From Armatimonadota bacterium (GTDB lineage: Bacteria; Armatimonadota; Armatimonadia; Armatimonadales; Armatimonadaceae), in NCBI GenBank assembly GCA_043754515.1, contig JAYUUO010000092.1, forward strand, positions 1-14,283: a DNA stretch of 14,283 nt, written 5' to 3'. The notes under the pieces are model-generated. The model made no database searches and had not been told where the DNA came from. It saw only the letters and a program-made list of their open reading frames with translations. Shown in pieces: positions 1-8,144 of the stretch (position 1 is its first letter; each line of letters opens with the position of its first letter). The position numbers and the translations under genes are program-made.

Positions 1-18
1 CAAACAACCGACGCCACC

Positions 19-1713
19 CTACTCGCCGACCGGGATCACGATGAACCCGCCCTCGCCGTTCTGCTTCACGATATACACAGCGACCGACTTGTTATCGCCC
101 GTCTGGTTTTTGAGTAGGCTCTCCTTGGCGCGGTCTACTTCGGCGGGCGTGCCGACCAGCGTCCGGCCCACTCGCGTAATCACGTCGCCGGGAGTAATGC
201 CCGCGCTCTGCGCGGGGCTACCCGATGCGACGGCGGTGACTACCACGCCGGTCTTAACCGAATCCGGGACACCGTACTGCTTGTGGTTCGCGACCGTTAG
301 TGGCTCCAGAGCGACACCTAACTTGTTGCTCGTCGGCGCAACTGATGTCGAAGCAGGGTCGCGGCGCGTCGAGGAATCACCGTCCTGCCTCGGTTGCTCT
401 TTCGGCGTCACCGAAAGGGTCACGGTCTGGTTGTTGCGGCGCACCGTCAGCGTCCCCGGCGTGCCTATAGGCGACGCGGTGACCTTGCGCTGTAGCTCGG
501 AGTCTTTCGTTACCACCTCGCCGCTCCATGCCGTGATGACATCGCCGACCTGAACCCCGCCGAGTTGCGCGGGCGACCCGGGAATCACGTCCTGAACAAT
601 GACGCCTTTGGTATCCGCGGGCAGTCCGAATGCCGCTGAATTCTCGGCGGCGATGTTGCTCATCTTGACGCCGATCAGGGCGCGGCGTACTCTGCCTTCT
701 TTAACCAGGGAGTCCGCGACGCGCTTGGCGATATTGATCGGGATCGCGAACCCGATGCCGACATTACCGCCGCTCCGACTGTAGATGGCGTTGTTGATGC
801 CGACCACACGCCCGCGAATATCGAGAAGCGGGCCGCCGCTGTTGCCGGGGTTGATAGAAGCGTCGGTCTGAAAATAGTCCGTCAGCGAACCGTCCGCCGC
901 GAGGCTTACCTCGCGCGCTTCCGCCGAAATCACGCCCACGGTCATCGTGTTGGACAGGCCGAACGGGTTGCCAACCGCGATCGCCCAGTCGCCGACATGC
1001 ACGCTCGCTGAGTCGCCCAGCGTCACTGTCGGCGCGTCCGTTATCGGGATCTTGATCACGGCGACGTCAACGCGCGTGTCAACGCCGAGGACGTGGGCAT
1101 CCTTAAACTCGCGCCCGTCTAGTAGCTTGACCGTCACCCGGTCCGCGCCCGCGACCACATGCGCGTTGGTCAGGATCAGCCCGGAGCGGTCGTAGATCAT
1201 GCCCGAGCCTTCGCCGGTCTCGACGAAGGGGCCACCCGGTCGCGGCGCAAGTCGCGGGCGACGCGGGGTGACTGTCCCACCGCTCTGCCGCTGTCGCAAC
1301 ACACTGTTCTGCGCGAGGCGGAAGCCGTTCTTGCTGTCGGTAGCGGCATCGCCTTTCCAGGAGTTCGGCTGCATGCGGAAGCGGCGGAAGAACTCGTTGA
1401 AGTTGTCGCTATTGTTCGGGTCACCATCGGGGTCCGGGGTGAGTTGGGGGCCCGTCGAGGTGTTGCGCATTCCGGCACGTTTGGATGTGGTAATCGTAAC
1501 CACCGCCGGCTCGGCGACGCGGGCGACTTGCGAGAACGCGGTCTGCATCTCGACCGCGCTTTGGACGGCGGCCGACTGTGGGACCGGCGCGGCGGGCGGC
1601 ACGGGCGACTGCGCCCCCGCGTCGCGGAGGGCGTACCCGGTGACTAGCACCGCCGCAGCAATGGCCGCGCCACCGGCTATTTTTTGGGCGTTAGAAACGG
1701 TTTGTGTTTTCAT
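19..1713 (-). CDS. degP: DegP/HtrA (Do/DeqQ family) serine endoprotease with two PDZ domains
   Basis: Trypsin-like triad motifs LTNAHVV (His), DVAVIK (Asp) and QTDASINPGNSGGPL (Ser), followed by two PDZ-like regions (GSPAQLGGVQVGDVI, GSPAQSAGITPGDVI) and preceded by an N-terminal hydrophobic segment. Start moved from 1755 to the ATG at 1713 because AGGA lies 7 nt upstream. Confidence 0.95.
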   Translation of the reverse strand: MKTQTVSNAQKIAGGAAIAAAVLVTGYALRDAGAQSPVPPAAPVPQSAAVQSAVEMQTAFSQVARVAEPAVVTITTSKRAGMRNTSTGPQLTPDPDGDPNNSDNFNEFFRRFRMQPNSWKGDAATDSKNGFRLAQNSVLRQRQSGGTVTPRRPRLAPRPGGPFVETGEGSGMIYDRSGLILTNAHVVAGADRVTVKLLDGREFKDAHVLGVDTRVDVAVIKIPITDAPTVTLGDSASVHVGDWAIAVGNPFGLSNTMTVGVISAEAREVSLAADGSLTDYFQTDASINPGNSGGPLLDIRGRVVGINNAIYSRSGGNVGIGFAIPINIAKRVADSLVKEGRVRRALIGVKMSNIAAENSAAFGLPADTKGVIVQDVIPGSPAQLGGVQVGDVITAWSGEVVTKDSELQRKVTASPIGTPGTLTVRRNNQTVTLSVTPKEQPRQDGDSSTRRDPASTSVAPTSNKLGVALEPLTVANHKQYGVPDSVKTGVVVTAVASGSPAQSAGITPGDVITRVGRTLVGTPAEVDRAKESLLKNQTGDNKSVAVYIVKQNGEGGFIVIPVGE

Positions 1714-1761
1714 GGTTATATCCTGCGGCAATTTAGGCGTCGCGCATGGTATCAAACTGAC

Positions 1762-1789
1762 AAGACGATGGGCGCGACGTAGCGTTTTC
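1762..1789 (-). promoter_or_regulatory. Candidate ECF-sigma promoter for degP
   Basis: Minus strand reads GAAAAC-N16-CGTCTT, ending about 50 nt upstream of the degP ATG. This matches the general ECF pattern (AAC at -35, CGT at -10), and degP genes are often ECF-controlled. Confidence 0.45.
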
Positions 1790-2037
1790 TATAGTAACAA
1801 ATATGAGTTTTAGCACGTCGTGGTTCCCGGCCCGTAGCTCATGCGGTATTCACACTCTCGGACAGTTGCGAAAAAATAGCCGCCGCGTCCGCCCGCGCCC
1901 AAAACCTGGCAATTAGTCGGTCTACAAGAAACTCGCCTAGCCGCCAAAGATATAAGAAGCGATAACGACACGCGGATAATTCCCGGCGGATGAACCGGAC
2001 TCGATGTAGAGCGGACGAAAGTAAGGGGCGAACCGAT

Positions 2038-2250
2038 ATGACAGTTTGGAACCAGGGAGAGACGGACGGCGATGCGCATAGCACCTATCGGATGGACGCG
2101 GCGCGACCCGAAAAGGCTCGTAACGCGCCGATGTCAGCGTGGTGGCAGACGGTGGGCGCGGTGTTATGCGTAGCACTCGCGGGGCTAGCGGCGTACATCG
2201 CGCACCCTACGCCGTCGGCCGCGGCACCGATCCATATGGCGGCGCGGTAG
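2038..2250 (+). CDS. Small hypothetical membrane protein (~70 aa, one predicted TM helix)
   Basis: ATG at 2038 preceded by AAGGGG. Hydrophobic stretch WWQTVGAVLCVALAGLAAYIA. Followed by a strong terminator hairpin. Confidence 0.6.
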   Translation: MTVWNQGETDGDAHSTYRMDAARPEKARNAPMSAWWQTVGAVLCVALAGLAAYIAHPTPSAAAPIHMAAR

Positions 2251-2302
2251 CACACCCCACTGGCGCGTCGGACATAACGTACGTACGACAAACGATTGAA
2301 TG

Positions 2303-2347
2303 AGAACGGGCGCGAGAGGCTACATGCCTCTCGCGCCCGTTCTTTGT
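2303..2347 (+). terminator. Rho-independent terminator
   Basis: Perfect 18-bp stem AGAACGGGCGCGAGAGGC (2303-2320), loop TACAT, GCCTCTCGCGCCCGTTCT (2326-2343), running into a T-rich tail. Confidence 0.8.
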
Positions 2348-2517
2348 GTATCCTATCCCTCTGTATTAGTGCGTGTGGAGCCGTACAATCGTTTGGAAGT
2401 CCATTATTAAAGACGACAAAAATGGCTGCAATGTTTCATATCTGGTAGAAAGTTTTCCACTGTTTTTCGGGAGCCGGGAACGCGGTACAATCGGGGGCAG
2501 GAGCAAGACGAGAAGAC

Positions 2518-3198
2518 GTGTGCGGACGATTCACCCAACACCATAATACTGGCGAGATTGAGGAGCGGTTCGAGGCGCGGGAAGCCGTGATCCCGGTCAT
2601 CGCGCGCTACAACATCGCGCCGCAACAGGACATCGCCGTCGTAGTCGCGCCCAACCCAACCGCCGTGCGGGTGCTGGATGGCTACCGCTGGGGCCTGGTC
2701 CCCGGCTGGGCGAAAGACCCCGCTATCGGGCAGAAGATGATCAACGCCCGCTCTGAGACGCTGACCGAAAAGCCTTCGTTCCGTAACGCGCTGACACGCC
2801 GTCGCTGTCTAATCCCGGCGGATGGGTTCTACGAGTGGGAGCGGCACACAGACGGAACGCGGCACCCGGTCCATTTCCGCCTCGCCTCCGGTGACTTGTT
2901 CGCGTTCGCGGGCCTGTGGGAAGAATGGCATGAGCCGGGCACGGACACGTTGCTCCGCACCTGCACGATCGTGACGACGAGCGCGAACGAGACGGTGGGT
3001 AAGGTACATGACCGGATGCCGGTAATGCTGTCGCGTGACGCCGAACCAATCTGGATGGATGCAACGGTGCGCGACACGGACGTTCTGCGAGCCTTGCTCA
3101 TACCGTACCCTGATCGCGAGATGGAAACGTTCGCCGTTTCGCGCCGGGTGAACACGCCGGGTAACGAAGGCGCGGATCTTCTGGAACGGGTTGTTTGA
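2518..3198 (+). CDS. SOS response-associated peptidase (SRAP/YedK/HMCES family), abasic-site DNA-protein crosslinking protein
   Basis: N-terminal MCGRF (catalytic Cys2), RYNIAPQQ, RWGLVPGWAKD, INARSET, RRCLIPADGFYEW, FAGLW and HDRMPV are all canonical SRAP motifs. GTG start. A -10-like TACAAT lies at 2486-2491. Confidence 0.96.
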   Translation: MCGRFTQHHNTGEIEERFEAREAVIPVIARYNIAPQQDIAVVVAPNPTAVRVLDGYRWGLVPGWAKDPAIGQKMINARSETLTEKPSFRNALTRRRCLIPADGFYEWERHTDGTRHPVHFRLASGDLFAFAGLWEEWHEPGTDTLLRTCTIVTTSANETVGKVHDRMPVMLSRDAEPIWMDATVRDTDVLRALLIPYPDREMETFAVSRRVNTPGNEGADLLERVV

Positions 3199-3381
3199 GG
3201 GGGGGTGACAGGAGGGGGGCGTGATTGTGTCAGCGTTTTAACTGGTCACGCGGGTCACGGCCACACGCGGGTTTCGCCCCGCGCGTCGGCGCGTCCCGCC
3301 GTGGCCACGGACCGTCGCGACGATCTGCTTGCTATGCTATGCGTTACGCGGTTCGTCGGGCATGCGTTTTACCTTCTCGCC

Positions 3382-5862
3382 TTATCGGTTCCCCGCCGAG
3401 AAGCGCACGTTCTGCAGGACGCGTAGCTGATACATCGTCAGGCCGATCAGGAGCGCGCCCATGATCAGCGCGGCGGCGGTCGCGTAGCCGAATTTCAGGT
3501 AAATGAACGCGTTCTGCCAGATCTCCAGACCTACCGTGTGCGTCGCGTAGTCCGGCCCGCCGCCCGTCTGCACCAGTACCGGCTCCATGATCTTGAACGC
3601 GGCGACGGTGGCGCCGACCAGATTGATGATCAGGAGCGGCGAGAGTGTCGGGAGCGTAACGCGGAAAATCTTCGTCCAGAAGCCCGCGCCGTCTAAATCC
3701 GCCGCCTCGTACATCTCGTCCGGGATGGATTGAAGCGCGGCGAGGTAGATCACGCTTCCCGGCCCCGCGCTCGCCCAGATGATCGGCACCACGACGCTGA
3801 ACATCGCCAGATTCGGGTCCTGTAGCCACGTCTGCGGCGGGGCGTGGAAGACGCCGAGCAGGGTGTTGGCGAGGCCGTTCGGGGACGGGTCGAAGAACTG
3901 CCGGAATAGCATCGCGGTCACGACTGACGTCGTAACGGCGGGCAGGTAATACAGCACCCGAAACAGTGTCTTGCCCTTCGGGATCTCGTTCAGCAACAGT
4001 GCGATCACGACCGGCAGGAAGAAGCCGAGCGTGAGCAGGTACGCGGTGAACAGGAACGCGTTCCGAAGCCCGATGCGGAACGTCTCCTGCCCGGCGGCTT
4101 CGATGAAGTTGTCCATCCCGACCCAGCGCGAGCCGCCCATTATGTGGACGTCCTGGAACGCCATGACCAGACCGCGCAGGAGCGGCAGGTACGCCCAAAC
4201 CGCGATGGACAGAACGGCGGGAAGCATGAACGCCCAGGCGGAAAGGTGGACGCGGAGTGGGACGGCGGTCGGGCGCAGTGTATCAGTCGACGCGTTTGCC
4301 CCCTGCCGCAGTCGCGCGACTTGGAGCGCAGCGTGTACGGTCCGCCCGATAAGAACCGTGATGCCGAGCAAGATCGCGGAGAAGATGGCCCAGGCGATGA
4401 TCCTTTTTCGAGCCAGTTCGGCGGGCGGCGTATAGTTGAGAAGTTTGGTGTTGATCTTCGCGACCGACGTGTCTAAAATCGCCCTCGCGTCGCGGTTCGG
4501 GTACAAAATCGCCTGATCCAGCGGCTCGTTCATCAACTTGTAGATAAACGCCATGTTCGGCCCGTTCGGCTCCGGCTTGCCCGCCGCGAACAGCGTCTTC
4601 GAGGCTTCCATCCACGGGCGTTGCATCGGCGTGATGTACTCCGAGTAGCCCCACTTCGCCAGTTCGTTCGGGTTGACCAGTTGCGCCATGTTGTTCTCGA
4701 CGTAGGCGGTGCAACGGATGCGGGCGGCTTCCGCGCTCGCCATGTATCGTATAAATTGCCAGCAGGCAGCGAGTTTTTTGGGGTCGGTCACGGTCGCGTT
4801 GATCGCCCACATGCCCGCGTTGATCTCGTTCCCCGAAACTCCGGTCGGTCCCTTCGGCATCGCGGCGACGCCGAGGAGCGACATGTTCAGGTCGAACTGG
4901 TTCATGTTCGTCACATCGTCGGACTGGTACGCGAACCACATGCCGATCTTCCCGCCCGAAATATCGGCCTTGCGCGTCGAGGTACGGTTGGCGACCCCAG
5001 TGCGCGTCTTGCCGTCAGGACCAGTCCACTTGCCGTAGATCAGTTTGCGGTAATACTCCAGCGCGGCGACGCCTTCGGGGGTGTTGAACGCGGCGAGTTC
5101 GGCGGACGCGCCGGGTACTTTGCGCGTGATCTCGCCCCCGGCCTGCCACAGGAAGTTGATCCAGTAGTAGGACTCCTCGCCCTGCTCGAACGTGAACCCG
5201 TACTGGCCTTTGGCGGGATCGGTCAGTTTTTGCGCGTACGTATAGAACTCGTCCCAGTCGCGCGGCGGCTTGTTCGGGTTCAGCCCGGCGGCGCGGAACA
5301 GGTCTTTGCGGTAGTAGAGGGCTTGTACATACTGCGCGTACGGGATCGAGTAGATGTGCCCGTCAATCGGGAGCCGCTCTTTGATGCGCGCCTGTACGCG
5401 ATCCAGAGTGTCCGGGTTTTGCGCCAGCAGATCGTCGAGCGGGCGTATGAAGCCCTGCGAGGCGTAGTTGCGCATCTGCCGCAGGTTGACGTACACCACA
5501 TCGGGCGCGGAGCCGCCCGCGTACGCCATCAGGATGCCGGATTCGGCGGCGGGCCCCTGGATTTGGAGCGAGGCATAGCGTTGCAGGCGGATCTCCGGGT
5601 GCTGCTTGCGGAACGTATCAAACACGACGCGCCGTGCGCGTTCCCCCGGCGAGGTAGAGTTCGGGGACGGGATGCCCCACGCCGGGTTCGCGCCGCCCAC
5701 GACCACCGTGATCGGCGTCGCCGCGTCAGGGGGGGACAATACCGCCGACGCGCCGGGTGACGCGGCGCCGGTCGTCTGCGCGCTGACGATGGGCGCGGCG
5801 AACAGGCTCAGGATCGCGGCGACGAGGCATACGAGGAGGGCGGCGGGTCTGGGGGGCAACAT
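3382..5862 (-). CDS. Fused extracellular sugar-binding protein plus carbohydrate ABC permease (MalF/UgpA-like)
   Basis: Signal-peptide-like N-terminus, then a family-1 SBP domain (AGGSAPDVVY, DGHIYSIPY, LYYRKDLFRAAGL, PPRDWDEFY). The C-terminal permease has WVGMDNF and the EAA loop LQSIPDEMYEAADLDGAGFWTKIFRVTLP. The whole thing is one continuous 826-aa frame. Confidence 0.93.
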   Translation of the reverse strand: MLPPRPAALLVCLVAAILSLFAAPIVSAQTTGAASPGASAVLSPPDAATPITVVVGGANPAWGIPSPNSTSPGERARRVVFDTFRKQHPEIRLQRYASLQIQGPAAESGILMAYAGGSAPDVVYVNLRQMRNYASQGFIRPLDDLLAQNPDTLDRVQARIKERLPIDGHIYSIPYAQYVQALYYRKDLFRAAGLNPNKPPRDWDEFYTYAQKLTDPAKGQYGFTFEQGEESYYWINFLWQAGGEITRKVPGASAELAAFNTPEGVAALEYYRKLIYGKWTGPDGKTRTGVANRTSTRKADISGGKIGMWFAYQSDDVTNMNQFDLNMSLLGVAAMPKGPTGVSGNEINAGMWAINATVTDPKKLAACWQFIRYMASAEAARIRCTAYVENNMAQLVNPNELAKWGYSEYITPMQRPWMEASKTLFAAGKPEPNGPNMAFIYKLMNEPLDQAILYPNRDARAILDTSVAKINTKLLNYTPPAELARKRIIAWAIFSAILLGITVLIGRTVHAALQVARLRQGANASTDTLRPTAVPLRVHLSAWAFMLPAVLSIAVWAYLPLLRGLVMAFQDVHIMGGSRWVGMDNFIEAAGQETFRIGLRNAFLFTAYLLTLGFFLPVVIALLLNEIPKGKTLFRVLYYLPAVTTSVVTAMLFRQFFDPSPNGLANTLLGVFHAPPQTWLQDPNLAMFSVVVPIIWASAGPGSVIYLAALQSIPDEMYEAADLDGAGFWTKIFRVTLPTLSPLLIINLVGATVAAFKIMEPVLVQTGGGPDYATHTVGLEIWQNAFIYLKFGYATAAALIMGALLIGLTMYQLRVLQNVRFSAGNR

Positions 5863-5868
5863 AGGCTC

Positions 5869-5897
5869 ATTTTACGGGGTAAGGGGGTTTGTAACAA
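5869..5897 (-). promoter_or_regulatory. Sigma70-type promoter for the ABC fusion gene, probably giving a leaderless mRNA
   Basis: Minus strand reads TTGTTA-N17-TAAAAT-N6-ATG(5862). No Shine-Dalgarno is possible between the -10 and the ATG. Confidence 0.6.
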
Positions 5898-5932
5898 GGG
5901 CGAGGGATGGCGCGGGGCTTGTCGGTTGCCAT

Positions 5933-6127
5933 GCCCTCTCTCCGTGCCGGAGAGGGGGGAGTAGTTTCGTCGGGGGCGTAGCATATTAGAAGACCCGACA
6001 GCCCCGGCAAGGGGGGCTGATTCAGCCATCTACTCCCCCCTCTCCGGCACGGAGAGGGGGGCCGGGGGGGTGAGGTTCCGGGTTCCCCCTCTCCCTCCGA
6101 AGGGAGAGGGGGTCAGGGGGAGAGGGG
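5933..6127. repeat. Cluster of three GC-rich REP-like palindromes (CCCTCTCC-loop-GGAGAGGG)
   Basis: Copies lie at 5933-5964, 6030-6075 and 6085-6127. 5938-5964 is the exact reverse complement of 6030-6056 (27 bp). Stems are 6035-6045/6051-6061 (11 bp) and 6085-6096/6101-6112 (12 bp), each followed by a G-rich tail (GGGGGGTGAGG, GGGGGAGAGG). Confidence 0.8.
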
Positions 6128-6166
6128 GCACGACAAACAACCAACCGGAGCGTGTACAATACCGCC

Positions 6167-6781
6167 GTGCTTTTCAGCGATTTCTCGTACCCGGACGTGG
6201 TGACCGACTTCGACCTGATTCTGGTCGAGGGCGCGATATTCCCCACGGAGCCTGCCCCTGTGACGCTTGAACCGGGGTTCGCGGCGCGGATCGCGAGTAG
6301 CGCGACGCTCGTGCAGGCAATCAGCAACGAGAAGGCGCGATCGGAGTTTATTATCGCGCCGGTGCTACTCGAACTGCGGCGCATCGCGACCAAGCCGTTC
6401 GGGCTGTTCTCCGGCGTGGAGCTTAAAGCGGACGCGAAAGCCGGATTAACCGGGATCTGCGACTTTCTGCTGACGCGGACGGCCCTGCAAACCGTGGTGC
6501 GAACCCCGCTACCCGCCATCGTGGAGGCGAAGAACGACAGTCTGCGCACGGGTTTGGGGCAGTGCATCGCGGAAATGCTCGCGGCGCGGATGGTCAACTG
6601 ACACGCCCCGGACGCCTCCGAACACGTAAACCGGAATGTCTACGGTGTCGTCACCACGGGAACCCTCTGGCAGTTTCTGAAGCTGGCGGATTCCGAACTG
6701 ACCGTCGAGCCGACCGAGTACACACTCACCGATCTCGCGGACGTGCTCGCCCTGCTACGCCATATCGTCGAGCACGGATGA
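6167..6781 (+). pseudogene. PD-(D/E)XK-like restriction-endonuclease-fold hypothetical protein, interrupted by an in-frame TGA at 6599-6601
   Basis: Motifs FSDF, NEKARSEFIIAPVLLE, LFSG, GICDFLL, IVEAK and GLGQCIAEMLAA match a ~200-aa family common in cyanobacteria as I recall it. After the TGA the same frame continues with the expected family C-terminus VYGVVTTGTLWQFLKL...EYTLTDLADVLALLRHIV to TGA 6779-6781. Likely start is GTG 6167, 6 nt after TACAAT (6155-6160). Confidence 0.8.
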
Positions 6782-6949
6782 GCACGTGCTGTCACGGGAG
6801 GAAGATTGCCGACTCATAAATTCATAGAAACAAGAACCATGAGAACTATTTCGACGGGCATCTGACTCCCGAGGCGTGATGCCCAACCCCCCCCCACCTG
6901 TCCCGCCCCCTGATGACGCGGGAGTAAGCGGGGCCACCCGCGCCCCGGT

Positions 6950-7615
6950 TCAGACCGCGCGGCTGTCCCGCGCCCACTCCTGCACCGACTTGATCCACGC
7001 GCCGAGCCGCCGCGTCTTCAGGCGCGAGGAAAGGAACCCGACCAGGATGTCGGGCGTGAGCGGGGCGAGTACCAAACTTACTCCCTGCTCCGTGTAAATA
7101 CCGTCCCGGAGGATGTGAAACCGCGCCCGGATTGCGCCGTCGCCGTCTACCGAGAGACGCCACAACTCCGGCATACCGAACGCGGCGTAGACCGGCAGTT
7201 TGTTGATCGCGGAGTTTGTAAACTCAGCCTCGATAGCGAGCAATGGAATGGAGATGGTGCCGCCCTTCTCCTCGTCGGCGTAGAAGCACGTGTCCGGCTC
7301 GAACCCTTTATCCGTCGCCTCGCTCTCGTGCGTCATGCTCCCCAGATCGCGGGCTTCGACGTCCCACTCGCCGAAGATCAGGGTGACCATCAGAGCGGCA
7401 ACACGGTTCAACTCCTCGTGTTCTTCGGACGGCATGCGTAACTCCAGCAGAGGATTGTCATAGCAGAGGCGCGGGCGCGACGAATCGCCCAGTTCCGCCG
7501 CGAGGCGCGCGAACGTGGTAAACGAAACGCCACGTAGGGTCAGTACTTCGCCGCCCGACGCCGACTTTCCGGGCGGTAATGTTCGTTTCGTAATCGGCTC
7601 CAAAACATCAGGCAT
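6950..7615 (-). CDS. Uma2 (DUF820) family PD-(D/E)XK endonuclease
   Basis: LRGVSFTTF, RLCYDNPLLELRMPSEEHE, LGSMT, KGFEPDTCFY, LAIEAEFTNS and KLPVYAAFGMPELWR are typical Uma2 motifs. GGGGG RBS upstream of the ATG. Confidence 0.92.
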   Translation of the reverse strand: MPDVLEPITKRTLPPGKSASGGEVLTLRGVSFTTFARLAAELGDSSRPRLCYDNPLLELRMPSEEHEELNRVAALMVTLIFGEWDVEARDLGSMTHESEATDKGFEPDTCFYADEEKGGTISIPLLAIEAEFTNSAINKLPVYAAFGMPELWRLSVDGDGAIRARFHILRDGIYTEQGVSLVLAPLTPDILVGFLSSRLKTRRLGAWIKSVQEWARDSRAV

Positions 7616-7683
7616 TGTGTTCCCCCACCGCCATCCTCGAAAGCGGAAGCCCAGCCTGCGTAGCGATTCGCCGGCCGGATTCT

Positions 7684-7692
7684 ATTATACCG
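7684..7692 (-). promoter_or_regulatory. Consensus -10 box upstream of the Uma2 gene
   Basis: Minus strand reads CGGTATAAT, about 70 nt upstream of ATG 7615. No clear -35. Confidence 0.5.
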
Positions 7693-7776
7693 CCGTGCTC
7701 CGATGCCGGGGTGCCGGGTTAGATGACGACGGAGAGGCGATTCGATCCTAGCGTCGTAATACCGTTGTGTAACGGG

Positions 7777-7803
7777 CGCGTCGCGGATCGGCTTCACGTT
7801 CAC
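7777..7803. repeat. Direct repeat, second copy of the arc 3' coding end
   Basis: CGCGTCGCGGATCGGCTTCACGTTCAC is identical to 8416-8442 (27/27; 29/30 when extended). It encodes VNVKPIRDA on the minus strand. Confidence 0.95.
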
Positions 7804-7886
7804 TACCAGTGAGAACCCCGCCGTCACGCTCTTCCGTTCCTGCTCGCCGTGCCAAAGCCTCCCGTGACTGACGAGCTGGCACCGCC

Positions 7887-8144
7887 CTAAGACACCATCG
7901 GTTCGCCGGTCGCCAGCAGGATCGGGACGCTTTCCTGTTCGGCGATAGCTTGCTCGACGTTGGCGAGCGATTCGTAGTAGTCGGTCATGCGGTCGGGCCA
8001 GCGCGACGGTCGCACCGGGACGCGCCACGAAAGTGCGCCGCGCCAGATACCCTCGGCATCCACGGTCAGGGTGATGTCGCCGATGAGAAACCCCTTCAGA
8101 TAGGCGGCGACGAGCGAGGCTACTTGTTCTTTACTTTGATTCAT
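7887..8144 (-). CDS. Hypothetical 85-aa protein, probable partner (antitoxin-like) of the upstream HEPN-like remnant
   Basis: Clean ORF with a GGGGG RBS. Its start overlaps the end of the HEPN-like remnant by 14 nt, a typical coupled-pair layout. It has a WRVPVRP...YYESLANVEQAI motif. The function is inferred from context. Confidence 0.7.
   Translation of the reverse strand: MNQSKEQVASLVAAYLKGFLIGDITLTVDAEGIWRGALSWRVPVRPSRWPDRMTDYYESLANVEQAIAEQESVPILLATGEPMVS

Noticed and set aside
1988..2022. Hammerhead-ribozyme-like CGGATGA...GAAA around a small stem
   Set aside because: The core is CGGAUGA rather than CUGAUGA, stem II opens with an A/C mismatch, and no convincing stems I and III can be formed.
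2444..2491. Possible LexA box upstream of SRAP (GAAC-GCG-GTAC; GAAAGTTTTC)
   Set aside because: The spacing does not fit GAAC-N4-GTTC or CTGT-N8-ACAG, and the lineage's LexA motif is unknown to me.
4621..5760. Long antisense or alternative-frame ORFs (e.g. 4621-5760 +, 9176-10183 +, 3344-4198 -, 9996-10718 -, 6022-6597 -)
   Set aside because: Shadow ORFs overlapping well-supported genes in high-GC DNA, with no recognisable motifs.
5933..6127. CRISPR array
   Set aside because: The repeats are inverted, non-identical and irregularly spaced, and there are no cas genes.
6599..6601. Genome-wide TGA reassignment
   Set aside because: TGA is the natural stop of the SRAP, Uma2 and LuxC-like genes at the expected family ends.
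6159..7699. 13-bp direct repeat ATACCGCCGTGCT (6159-6171 and 7687-7699)
   Set aside because: Borderline chance length. Both copies abut -10 boxes, so shared promoter composition is a sufficient explanation.
6791..7868. 11-bp inverted match GTCACGGGAGG (6791-6801 vs 7858-7868) as transposon ends
   Set aside because: Matches this short are expected by chance in 14 kb of GC-rich DNA, and no transposase or target duplication is seen.
7540..8028. 162-aa minus-strand ORF containing VVNVKPIRDA
   Set aside because: It overlaps the 85-aa gene and the Uma2 start and has no RBS. Its only meaningful part is the duplicated arc segment reported above.
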